Source: a virus
Taxonomy: Duplodnaviria; Caudoviricetes
DNA length: 48,583 nucleotides
Virus record (IMG/VR): IMGVR_UViG_3300017785_007713
Location: 1-48,583 of that record
Strand: one strand, 5' to 3'
Shown piece after piece: positions 1-9,371 of this stretch. Position 1 is the stretch's first letter. Each line of letters begins with the position of its first letter. Both the position numbers and the translations under genes were made by a program. The notes beneath the pieces were generated by a model. The model did no database searches, was not told where the DNA came from, and saw nothing but the letters and a program-made list of their open reading frames with translations.

Positions 1-1619
1 GAAGAACATGGAGATGGCATACCAACTATTCCAACCAGATATCCACCACCAACTTTTGTTCCAATTGGAAGACATGGCTGAACAGTGTTTGCTCTACAAT
101 CAGTTGATGCGTTGAAGTAGTCTTGAATAAAATTGCTACCACAACACTCAACTTCAACACAAGAGCTTCCAGCACCATGGAAGATTCCACCCAATGCAGA
201 GCATTCGGCTGGAAGCTGTTGCTCACAGATATATTCCCCATTGACTTTTCTACAACATGCTCCCGCAAGACCTTGACAACACGAAGCATCGGAGGTTTCT
301 GATGTACAGAAACCTCCACTGGTAAATACAGCACCAGGAATTTGAGAACATTCAACATTCGTTAAGTTAAAGCAATATCCCTTGTAGCAGCATCTTCCAG
401 TATTCACTGATCCTGGACATGTGTCTGGGCATGTAAATGACGATGCGGCATTTCTTTCACCAGAGCATATTTCTCCTGGGAAAAATGTACCATTATATTG
501 AAGACATTTTTCTAATGATGAATTTATACATTTACCATTGACACAGCAAGCACCTTCTGCATAACAATCACCAGATGATATTCTTTCTATACAGGGGGTT
601 GTGCTGAAACTACCACCGACATTGTTGCAATAACCCCTTGACACATAATCAAGACATCCTATTTCTGTCGTCCCACTTTCACAGAAACAACATGAACCAA
701 TATCATCAGATTCTATGTACTGTGGATCGAATATAGAATTTTCACTGAATGTGTTTTTTATGAATTTAAACGTCAGGTTATCTGAACCAGTAACACCGAG
801 ATTCAATGTTACTTGGGATATCGCTGGATCCTCGACCAATTGATAATTGTTGTTATTCAGACCGAATTGGCCATAGTTAACACTGAAAAATGCAAATCCA
901 GTGGCACCAGAAGCACCAGATATATTCTGATTGGAGAATGTGTATGTTGGTGTCCCTATATTCTGATTATTGTGAATTGGATGTCTGTCTGCTGCCAATG
1001 GGACACTCAGCAATCCTGTGCTCGCATTGTAATTCGACCCATCGACAGCAAACATCAAGTTATTTGCCTTGTATAGAATTTCTCCAGTGTTTCCAACTGC
1101 ATTAAATGAATATGTTCTGCCAACCAAATACAGATAACTTCCATCTGCACTTAATCCGACGAGTGCTCCACCAGATGATTCGAAGCTACGAATCTTGAGA
1201 GCAACCTCATCATTCGTTGGATCGAATCCTGAAAAGTTTGGTTGTATTGAAATTTGATTCGTGGATTCAAATACATTGACAAAGCTGTAAAGTACAGAAT
1301 AGCCTCTTGTTGCTGGTGGTCCTGATGTTAAGCCCTTGGCAACTATAATCGATTGTGGAACACCATTTACAAAGCTTGTTCCAGCATTTCCAGAAAACTG
1401 AACATAAAATTTACTTCCATTGAAATTTTCAAATGAAATTCCACTGGATGCGTAGAATACAGCAACTATACCCTGTCCAGTCGGACCAGTTCTACCAGTT
1501 AGTGCATCTCCAGTTATTCCAGTTGGGCCAGTTGGGCCAGTATCCCCCTGCAATCCTATTGCGGCTGGAATTACAGATGAATATACGGGGATTGGCGAGC
1601 TTCCAGGAAATGCACTCAT
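1..1619 (-). CDS. Cys-rich tail fibre/adhesin-like protein, partial (runs off the left edge); paralog of 1619..4498
   Basis: Not in the ORF track; translated by hand. ATG at 1619 overlaps the upstream TAA (TAATG). Reads MSAFPGSSPIPVYSSVIPAAIGLQGDTGPTGPTGITG..., then GSCCFC, GACCVNGKC, GRCCYKGYC, GACCRK repeats and ...PCLPIGTKVGGGYLVGIVG. No stop codon before position 1. Confidence 0.85.
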   Translation of the reverse strand, partial: MSAFPGSSPIPVYSSVIPAAIGLQGDTGPTGPTGITGDALTGRTGPTGQGIVAVFYASSGISFENFNGSKFYVQFSGNAGTSFVNGVPQSIIVAKGLTSGPPATRGYSVLYSFVNVFESTNQISIQPNFSGFDPTNDEVALKIRSFESSGGALVGLSADGSYLYLVGRTYSFNAVGNTGEILYKANNLMFAVDGSNYNASTGLLSVPLAADRHPIHNNQNIGTPTYTFSNQNISGASGATGFAFFSVNYGQFGLNNNNYQLVEDPAISQVTLNLGVTGSDNLTFKFIKNTFSENSIFDPQYIESDDIGSCCFCESGTTEIGCLDYVSRGYCNNVGGSFSTTPCIERISSGDCYAEGACCVNGKCINSSLEKCLQYNGTFFPGEICSGERNAASSFTCPDTCPGSVNTGRCCYKGYCFNLTNVECSQIPGAVFTSGGFCTSETSDASCCQGLAGACCRKVNGEYICEQQLPAECSALGGIFHGAGSSCVEVECCGSNFIQDYFNASTDCRANTVQPCLPIGTKVGGGYLVGIVGMPSPCS

Positions 1620-4498
1620 TATTGATTATCTATAATTGATTCTGACAGGATTGGTATGTTCCAGAACTTGAAATTTGCATCTGTATTCTGATAGTACCGC
1701 TTATCGCAGCGTATTAGTTTGATTGGTCTTACTTTATATTCATTTGTTCTGGTCTTCTTTGATATTGACATATTTTCAGATATGCCATCAACATCTATAT
1801 TAATAGCCCATGCATGTGATCCATGAGTTATTCCAGCAGTTGAATATATTCCCTCATTATCTGAAACATTAAAAGAACCAGTGGAAGACCAGTGCCAACC
1901 ACTAAGAGGGGTGTGTCCAAGTTCAATCAATCTTGCATTTAGATTGAAGTCAAACGTATTTCTACAGGAATTTGCCAGGAAAGCCAACTCATCTATGCTT
2001 GGTACGAACCAGTTAGTTGCATATGTTATTCCAGATGGCAAATATCTGTTGTAGATAGAAAGTGCTCTTGCTGCCGTCAACTCTCCAGTTGATGGTATGT
2101 AGTTTGTCAGAGTCGCACCACCACTAGAATAGCCTATGTTGTAGTAGAAGTATTCTGATGATGTGAGTCTTATTGTATTGTATAGACCATTATTTCTAGT
2201 CCAGTTGCCATTGAACGATTGATATGGTCTATTCTCCAAGAATGTGTATGCATCAGTGTCGAATCTAGCGGAAGAACAAGTAAGGAAGCTATTCTGATAT
2301 AAATTCAACTTAGACGATTCTTCGTTGTCTGAGTCGTAGATGTATCCTTCCTTGTATGCCAATCCACCATTATCGAAATCACTTACGGTTGAGCTGGCTA
2401 TGTCAATCAGTGGACCCCATGCGACCGATCCATTTGACCATATGAAGTTCGATGTATTTGACGAACCATCAAGAAGTGATTTGTCCGTGTTTAGGTTCAC
2501 TGGGTGTTTTGAGACAAGAACAATGTAACTATCAGAATCAGCATCACACACTGTAGCTGGATCGAAGCCATAACCAGAATAATCATATTCGGTCAAATAC
2601 TCAGTGCAATTTTCATTTGTTATTCCAATTAGATCGGAATATGATGTTTTAAGTCCAGCAAATAATTCTGATCCAAATGACGTAGTTTTATTTGGATTGA
2701 ATATACCGACCACCACCCCATCGTCTATTTCTAGACCAGGATATATTTGTGTATTTTCAATTATTGAGTAGCATGGTATTTCAGCTGGAGAACATGTGAA
2801 ATTTCCACATGTTGACCCATCACCAAAATATGTCTTGAATTCGGACAAACAAGTGGAACCAGTTATTCCTGGCGAACAAGTTATGCCAGAATCACAGCAA
2901 GATCCATATCCATCATAACACACATTCAATCCATCTGATGTGCCACAATTGATTCCAGTGCCTTGGAAATAGTGACCGTTAGATGTGCATTCATCTGATG
3001 TCAGTTCAGTACATCCACCGATTCCATCACAACATGCACCTACGCCAAGTTTGGCGTTAGTGCAATTGAAATCCGCACAACTCTTCTTAAGCGAAGTAAA
3101 TCTATTCCATTTGTAGGCAAGTCCCGATTGAGAGGCAGCTTGAGCACATTCACAGAAGGATAATTCCTGACATGGAACAACGATATTTTCATCTTCTGAA
3201 TACAAGCAACATGCTCCAAGATTCGAGCATGGACCAGAGACTCCACATGTGGATCCCTGATAGAAATAACCATTGCATTCAAAATCATAAGATGATTCAC
3301 ATGTGCAATCTGCCTTGCAGCAAATGCCCTCTACTGGATTGAATGTTATTCTATAAAAATTTTCTAAATTGTCTGGTTTACATGAAAATGATGCTGGTAT
3401 TGTCTTCGTTGTCGCAACAGTATTAAGGTCAGTGTCGAATATTGCTGGAATTCCAATATAACGAGATCCAGATGAGATGAAATTTATGACATCATATTTC
3501 TGCGATGGACAAAAGTATGATCCATATTGCCATACTACATTTGGTGAAAATATATTTTTAAACTGAAGAGTTGTAAAATTACTTTGAACTATATCACCAT
3601 CATTGTCGTATGTTGAATAGAACAGTCTGCTTTGTGGTGTTTCAACATAAAAATTGCTTGGAAGAATTACAGTGAATGCCTTTGTTGAATTTGTGGTGAC
3701 ATCCTTCTTTATGACTATATGATGTCCGTAAATCCCAGGGGATGGTGATGTTATTGGAAGATAACCAGCAAGGTAAAAAACAGATCCGATAGTTGGATCG
3801 ATTCTCCAAACCTGAATTGTATTTGATGATAGATTTATCGGATTCACAACAACCAGTTGTTCTGCTCCATTTAATATTCCAAAACCAGCAGCATTCTCCT
3901 CTGAGTTGTATGTGGATCCAGTGTAACCACTCTGGATATTTCCTGGGTTGTTTATGACCAATGATCCATCTGGTCCACCAGAGACATTGGATGCACCAAG
4001 ATTGAATACATCATAGGTCAGTTTTATTGTTTGACCTGGTTCTCCTTGATTTGGCGAGGAAGGTGGGCCTTTGTATTCCAGTTTTATGAATGGAGATGAA
4101 TTCGTCTTTATGTTCTTGAAGTTGAGTCTTCTGACGATCTCAAATGTATTAGTGTCACCATCTTCATTGTATATAAAATTCTGATCGTATATTTGCTGGG
4201 TTGAAGCCAATGGTGAGAAATTTCCACCAGTAGTGGCCGTTATTTCAAGTACGTAGTTTCCATTTACTTGCTGTATTGTAGATGATGTCTTTACATCTCC
4301 ATCGGTATAAACTGTGTTTATCTTGTTTCCAATGAAATTGATGAATGTTACACCATATCCAGTTGGGCCAGTTGGACCATATCCAGGATTTCCCTTTGGT
4401 CCTTGAGGTCCGACTTCACCCTGTGCTCCTTTGGCTCCACTGGAGGCGTAGAAGGTAAGACCAGTTATGTTGAATGGAGATGATCCGTATAGAGACAT
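1619..4498 (-). CDS. Tail fibre/receptor-binding-like protein: collagen-like N-terminus, G(A/S/I)CC Cys repeats, C-terminal DUF1566/Lcl-like domain
   Basis: 959 aa. GAKGAQGEVGPQGPKGNPG; four GxCC...C...G.F/Y.G.G..C repeats; C-terminal WFVPSIDEL...WHWSST...AWAI...VRPIK pattern typical of DUF1566. Confidence 0.75.
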   Translation of the reverse strand: MSLYGSSPFNITGLTFYASSGAKGAQGEVGPQGPKGNPGYGPTGPTGYGVTFINFIGNKINTVYTDGDVKTSSTIQQVNGNYVLEITATTGGNFSPLASTQQIYDQNFIYNEDGDTNTFEIVRRLNFKNIKTNSSPFIKLEYKGPPSSPNQGEPGQTIKLTYDVFNLGASNVSGGPDGSLVINNPGNIQSGYTGSTYNSEENAAGFGILNGAEQLVVVNPINLSSNTIQVWRIDPTIGSVFYLAGYLPITSPSPGIYGHHIVIKKDVTTNSTKAFTVILPSNFYVETPQSRLFYSTYDNDGDIVQSNFTTLQFKNIFSPNVVWQYGSYFCPSQKYDVINFISSGSRYIGIPAIFDTDLNTVATTKTIPASFSCKPDNLENFYRITFNPVEGICCKADCTCESSYDFECNGYFYQGSTCGVSGPCSNLGACCLYSEDENIVVPCQELSFCECAQAASQSGLAYKWNRFTSLKKSCADFNCTNAKLGVGACCDGIGGCTELTSDECTSNGHYFQGTGINCGTSDGLNVCYDGYGSCCDSGITCSPGITGSTCLSEFKTYFGDGSTCGNFTCSPAEIPCYSIIENTQIYPGLEIDDGVVVGIFNPNKTTSFGSELFAGLKTSYSDLIGITNENCTEYLTEYDYSGYGFDPATVCDADSDSYIVLVSKHPVNLNTDKSLLDGSSNTSNFIWSNGSVAWGPLIDIASSTVSDFDNGGLAYKEGYIYDSDNEESSKLNLYQNSFLTCSSARFDTDAYTFLENRPYQSFNGNWTRNNGLYNTIRLTSSEYFYYNIGYSSGGATLTNYIPSTGELTAARALSIYNRYLPSGITYATNWFVPSIDELAFLANSCRNTFDFNLNARLIELGHTPLSGWHWSSTGSFNVSDNEGIYSTAGITHGSHAWAINIDVDGISENMSISKKTRTNEYKVRPIKLIRCDKRYYQNTDANFKFWNIPILSESIIDNQ

Positions 4499-4519
4499 TT
4501 TAATTATTTATTCTTATTT

Positions 4520-6793
4520 TTATAACTCTTTGTACACTACAAATGCGTCTAATGCAATGTGTGAAAATGTTGATCCATAATCTGGTCCAAAATCTAATCT
4601 CATTTGATTTATTTTTGTTATATCCAGAGATTGATTTTTCATGAAAAAATCACCAGCTCTAAAAAAGGAAAAATTTGGTATTGTTGGAAATCCACCAATA
4701 TAAAATGGATCTACTAAAAATGGATTTATTCTGTTATCTATTTTTGTTTGTGGATAAAATCCACTAGAATAATTTTTTGAACTTATGGTAGCACTATTAT
4801 TAGATTCATCTATTAGTGTTAAATTAAAATTTGAATATTTATCATTTTTAGATATTCCAGATATTCCATGTATGTGCGTCTGACAAGCTCTAAGAGCAAT
4901 ATAATTATTTTCAGTCAACGATATTGAATTTTGAAATGTATATCCTAGTATTATATTTGATTCTATTGGAGTAAATAAAGATCTATATGAATTAAAAATT
5001 ATTCCATTATATGTGTCATTGTCCGTAAAAATATCGTTAATATTAAAATCTATTAATGTTGAAATACTTTTTAATTCAAATAAACCATTAATGAAAGTCT
5101 GACCTGGTTGTGCGTAAATTGTTGGTGGTATAGTATAAAATGCAGAGTCCATTGTATAATCAAATGTAAATCCAAGAGGATTATTTAATGTGAATCCAGT
5201 AGAACCAGCATATGATAAAGTTAATCCATAAAAATTATCAATTTGTATTTTGATGTCTTCTGCCACTGGATAAAAAGAATGAAATACAGCAGTTTTTGGA
5301 TTATTTTTTATTACGTTATCTATTTTTTGTTTATGTGGTGAAACGTATCTTAATTTTTTTAATTTATTGCTAGAAAATACATTAATTCCTAGAAAATATA
5401 AAATCCATGCAATGTGTTCGTTTAATACTAGCCTATTTGAATTTAAATAATGATTATCTATGAATCTATTTGATATTGAAAATGAAAGTTCAACCTCACC
5501 ATTTGACGTTAAATCTATTAATCCATTGTGTTCTCTGTTTGAAATTAAAATATATTTATCTAAATGATTTAATTTATCAATGTAGCTAAATCCTGGACTA
5601 AATACATGATTAACATACCCACTAAACCATCCTTCATTATCATTCAAACCGTTTATCACCATTAATGGTATATCATGATCTACTGTCAGATAGTTCAAAC
5701 TATCTTCAGCTGGATTACATTCACTAAAAGAAGAATCAATTTTATAATTTTTATTTATAATACCATCTACACCAACCGTATATCTACCAACAGATCCCAA
5801 TGTTATTATGGCTTTTATATCGGTATAATCAAATGACAGAGTATTTAATCTTGAATATTCAGCATTTTTTCTCTTCATTTGCATGGCAATAGATTCAACA
5901 AAAGCTCCACTCATACTTAATCCAATAAAAATAATTTTATTAAAATCTAATTTTCCATTGAATCTACCAGAATTTATTTTAGATATATTAACTTTAATAT
6001 GATCTAATAATGTTAAAATATGAAATTCACCAGTTTCCAACTGTATCTCTGGACTTATGTAAACGGAAATGCAAAAATATCCATAAGATGCAAATGTAGA
6101 AAGATAACTATCAAATCCTTCAACATATTGTTGATTTCCGTGTGCATATACCAAAACTGGCATTTGGTTTGATATGTTTGATGGATAAAAACATCTAACA
6201 GATTCTGCACCTAACATAGATGGGCATTTTGTAAATGCAGCTTGCCTTTCAGATATACTAAAGTCTGATGGACTTAAAATATCCAATTGTAAAAAATCAA
6301 CATCATATGGTCCAGTTTCATATGTATTTAAACACATATTTAAATCACTCACAATGTCATTTGACAATATTATCTGCTGATTTCCAACACCAGAGGAATT
6401 TTGAAATATCCTGAAAACAATTTTAAATTTTTTAAATAAATTATGAATATCTGAATCAGTTGTGTGCAATAAAATATAATCATTAGTTAATAAATCAGTG
6501 ATATTTCGCAAATCAACATTTAAAAAATTATTTGTTATATTTGATGTAGACAACGTAAAAATACTGGATAAAAATGTACCAGTGGTTTCAGCATTCATTA
6601 TTCTTACAAAAAGACTATACGACGAAATATTTCCAGAATTTATGCTTGTACCAATTAATGAATTTAACATCGATAAAGATACTATAAAATTTATCGGAGT
6701 TTTTGATATAAATGTATCGTTAATAGCACATGGTATATCAGTTACTGTGTTTATATCGTCTATTGGAATTCCTGTTAATGTTTTTTGAATCAT
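4520..6793 (-). CDS. Alpha/beta-hydrolase-fold protein within the tail module
   Basis: 757 aa. PVLVYAHG, LSTFASYGY, nucleophile-elbow-like FIGLSMSG, candidate Asp (GLND) and His (REHNG). Very AT-rich. Confidence 0.6.
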   Translation of the reverse strand: MIQKTLTGIPIDDINTVTDIPCAINDTFISKTPINFIVSLSMLNSLIGTSINSGNISSYSLFVRIMNAETTGTFLSSIFTLSTSNITNNFLNVDLRNITDLLTNDYILLHTTDSDIHNLFKKFKIVFRIFQNSSGVGNQQIILSNDIVSDLNMCLNTYETGPYDVDFLQLDILSPSDFSISERQAAFTKCPSMLGAESVRCFYPSNISNQMPVLVYAHGNQQYVEGFDSYLSTFASYGYFCISVYISPEIQLETGEFHILTLLDHIKVNISKINSGRFNGKLDFNKIIFIGLSMSGAFVESIAMQMKRKNAEYSRLNTLSFDYTDIKAIITLGSVGRYTVGVDGIINKNYKIDSSFSECNPAEDSLNYLTVDHDIPLMVINGLNDNEGWFSGYVNHVFSPGFSYIDKLNHLDKYILISNREHNGLIDLTSNGEVELSFSISNRFIDNHYLNSNRLVLNEHIAWILYFLGINVFSSNKLKKLRYVSPHKQKIDNVIKNNPKTAVFHSFYPVAEDIKIQIDNFYGLTLSYAGSTGFTLNNPLGFTFDYTMDSAFYTIPPTIYAQPGQTFINGLFELKSISTLIDFNINDIFTDNDTYNGIIFNSYRSLFTPIESNIILGYTFQNSISLTENNYIALRACQTHIHGISGISKNDKYSNFNLTLIDESNNSATISSKNYSSGFYPQTKIDNRINPFLVDPFYIGGFPTIPNFSFFRAGDFFMKNQSLDITKINQMRLDFGPDYGSTFSHIALDAFVVYKEL

Positions 6794-6797
6794 ATTA

Positions 6798-8855
6798 TTA
6801 AACTATTTGTTGTTCTAAGAATCTCTGAAGTGTAGAATTATATTTAAATATTTTATTATTTAAAATAAAAAATTCACCATTGGCGTTATAATAAAAATTA
6901 GCTTTTACAAAATCTAAATCTGTATTGATTCTAATAAATGTTGATGTGCTATATGTGTAGACTATAATATAGCTAGGCGTGCATAAAAAAAATAAATCTT
7001 GTGTTCCGAATAAGTTAAAAAATGTTAAAGAATTTATTTCAGGTATATCCATAGAAGTAAATTTTTTAATAAAACCACTAAAAGATGGAGATGGCTGAAT
7101 TGATGCAGTTTTAGGATTTCTTTCGAAATATCTAAAAACTGTATTTCCATCCTCTGTATAGAATGGAGCTCTGTAAACTGTTAATGATTTTTGATTCAAG
7201 TTGTAAAAGTTGTATAAAATAGCTGATGTGAAGTATGTCTCTGTAGAATACATCCTAGAGCACAAAACTTCTCTAGCAGTATTTGATGGTGTTGGAGTAA
7301 ATGATGGACCAAATGTAGTTTCTGCATCAAAATTATTAGCTGAGGAAAATTGTGTTATAGAAACTCCATCAACTAGTGATGGTCTTTCTGGAATAAATCC
7401 ATAAAATGTCTTGTAAGAATTATCCTCATAATAATAATTATTAATTTTTCTATGTATGTTAAAATTTATATTTGAAGACTGCAATTCAAATGTTCTAACT
7501 GGTTTTGCTGTATATAATATAAATACATCATCAATAAAACTATTTGCCGTTGTTTTTACATTTCCAGTTATTCCTATTAATCTTGTGTTTGCTTGTATAG
7601 ATGAAGGATTTACAATTCCTTGATATCTTGGTAGTTGTATTGTAATCTCTCTACTATTATAATCTATTTGATCATTTTTTAGTGCAAAATTTGTTAAAGT
7701 ATAATTTTTTCCGATGCATTTTATATCACAGGTTCTAAAAATACCTGGTATATTAGAATAAGAAGAATTTACGACTGGATTAAATGATGGTTGATTGTCT
7801 TTTATAAAGCCATGTGCATGACCCTCATGACATTTTTTCCACTTATGTTTAAACCCAGATAAATTATTCACAGATCGTCTATAATACTTTATTGGTGATG
7901 AAACTGACGGAGACGTATGTCTACAATCGTTATTTGATGGTGATTTATTCAAACCTTTAGTTGATACCACCATAGATGTCAATTCATCATCCGCTGCCCA
8001 TAATTTATCTTCTGGTGATCCTGGTAAATTTACATTTACAATAGCTTTTAATGTAAAAACAGATCCATTTATGTTTATGGAATAAATTTTATTAGTATTT
8101 TTTGCAAACAACAGAAGATCATTTCCATCATTTGATATTTTTGCTTCATAATTTGGTGTTGTTCCAAAATCAACCACATCCAATCCTGGTTCTATTACAA
8201 TGGAACTTTTTCGCACTTGTGCTATTTGTGCCGTATCGAATACATTGCTAGCTGCACGATATGTCAAACTTTTGATTACAAGCGTATCAGATTCTGGCAC
8301 ATAAAATAATGCTTTAGTCATGTCCTGAGAAATTGCACTTAATACCCGAACTCCTTGCGGTGCATTATTCACTAAAACAGGATTTATATATCCTAGATAA
8401 TTTCTAACTAAACCAGTATATTGTCCATGTGGAGATGCCTGATATATTGGTTTTATAACCATTCCAGTAAATGTAGGTCCACAATTCTGTAGCCACCCAT
8501 AACTAGTTCCACTTAAAAAATAAATATCATTAAGTCCAGAATTAGTTCCAGATACGTTAACGAGTCTATTTGATGGAATGGTTATTGAGCCATTTACCAC
8601 TACATTGAGTGATAAATCGGAATTCATGCTTTCAACTATACCGAAAACTTCAGCATTTTCTGGGAAATCTGCTTTTGATAGATTATATTGATTGGCAACT
8701 GTGTCAAATCGAATAACACTGCCAGTGGTTACACCAGAAACATATTCTGATTCTTTTATATTTACTATTATTCTAGATGTACCATAATTTGAATCATCTA
8801 TTGAGATGATCTTCTGCTGTTTGTTTATTGTTGAATAGTTGTTATCAAGACTCAT
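6798..8855 (-). CDS. Virion structural protein; N-terminal module paralogous to 8857..9363
   Basis: 685 aa. GSVIRFD...AEVFGIVE...IYFLS...G.LQN..P..G.VIKP module followed by an AT-rich C-terminal region. Confidence 0.65.
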   Translation of the reverse strand: MSLDNNYSTINKQQKIISIDDSNYGTSRIIVNIKESEYVSGVTTGSVIRFDTVANQYNLSKADFPENAEVFGIVESMNSDLSLNVVVNGSITIPSNRLVNVSGTNSGLNDIYFLSGTSYGWLQNCGPTFTGMVIKPIYQASPHGQYTGLVRNYLGYINPVLVNNAPQGVRVLSAISQDMTKALFYVPESDTLVIKSLTYRAASNVFDTAQIAQVRKSSIVIEPGLDVVDFGTTPNYEAKISNDGNDLLLFAKNTNKIYSININGSVFTLKAIVNVNLPGSPEDKLWAADDELTSMVVSTKGLNKSPSNNDCRHTSPSVSSPIKYYRRSVNNLSGFKHKWKKCHEGHAHGFIKDNQPSFNPVVNSSYSNIPGIFRTCDIKCIGKNYTLTNFALKNDQIDYNSREITIQLPRYQGIVNPSSIQANTRLIGITGNVKTTANSFIDDVFILYTAKPVRTFELQSSNINFNIHRKINNYYYEDNSYKTFYGFIPERPSLVDGVSITQFSSANNFDAETTFGPSFTPTPSNTAREVLCSRMYSTETYFTSAILYNFYNLNQKSLTVYRAPFYTEDGNTVFRYFERNPKTASIQPSPSFSGFIKKFTSMDIPEINSLTFFNLFGTQDLFFLCTPSYIIVYTYSTSTFIRINTDLDFVKANFYYNANGEFFILNNKIFKYNSTLQRFLEQQIV

Positions 8856-8856
8856 G

Positions 8857-9363
8857 TTAATCTATATCAATTATTGAATATCCAACGTAATTTACAACAG
8901 TTCCAGTGAAGCTTGATCCATGTGGTGCCCGTTGATACACTGGCTTCACTATATTTCCAAGATTTCCTGGTGGAAGATTCTGTAATCTACCAGGCTGTGA
9001 TTCACTGAGGAAGTATATGTCATTTCCACCAAAATTAACACCATCAAGATTTATCAATCTATTCGTTGGATAATTTATGGATCCATATGTAACGACATTC
9101 AACGAACCATCAGTGTTAACATTTTCGACTATTCCAAATACTTCCGATGTCGCAAGTGAATTTGCCTGTGCCCTGGTGTATCCATTGAGAGCGACATCGA
9201 ATCGTATCACATCACCACCAGTCAATCCTGGAGCAAGGAATCCTGCATATTGATTCGTTAGATTTACAAGTAATCTGGATCCCTCATATGCACGCTGAAC
9301 CGTTACTTTCAGCTCAGATGAGCGTATGTTAGAGCTGTTGCTTGTATTGCTTGCTGATGGCAT
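8857..9363 (-). CDS. Small virion structural protein (single copy of the shared module)
   Basis: 168 aa. GDVIRFD...SEVFGIVE...IYFLS...GRLQNLPP..GNIVKP. Confidence 0.65.
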   Translation of the reverse strand: MPSASNTSNSSNIRSSELKVTVQRAYEGSRLLVNLTNQYAGFLAPGLTGGDVIRFDVALNGYTRAQANSLATSEVFGIVENVNTDGSLNVVTYGSINYPTNRLINLDGVNFGGNDIYFLSESQPGRLQNLPPGNLGNIVKPVYQRAPHGSSFTGTVVNYVGYSIIDID

Positions 9364-9371
9364 GGATTATC

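Noticed and set aside
26-1639. Short track ORFs at 26..358, 813..1076, 890..1105 and 1433..1639
   Set aside because: All overlap the long minus-strand ORF starting at 1619, which the track missed because it has no stop codon in the window.
1619-2100. Diversity-generating retroelement targeting the DUF1566-like tip
   Set aside because: No reverse transcriptase and no adenine-variant template repeat were seen in this window; one elsewhere in the genome cannot be excluded.
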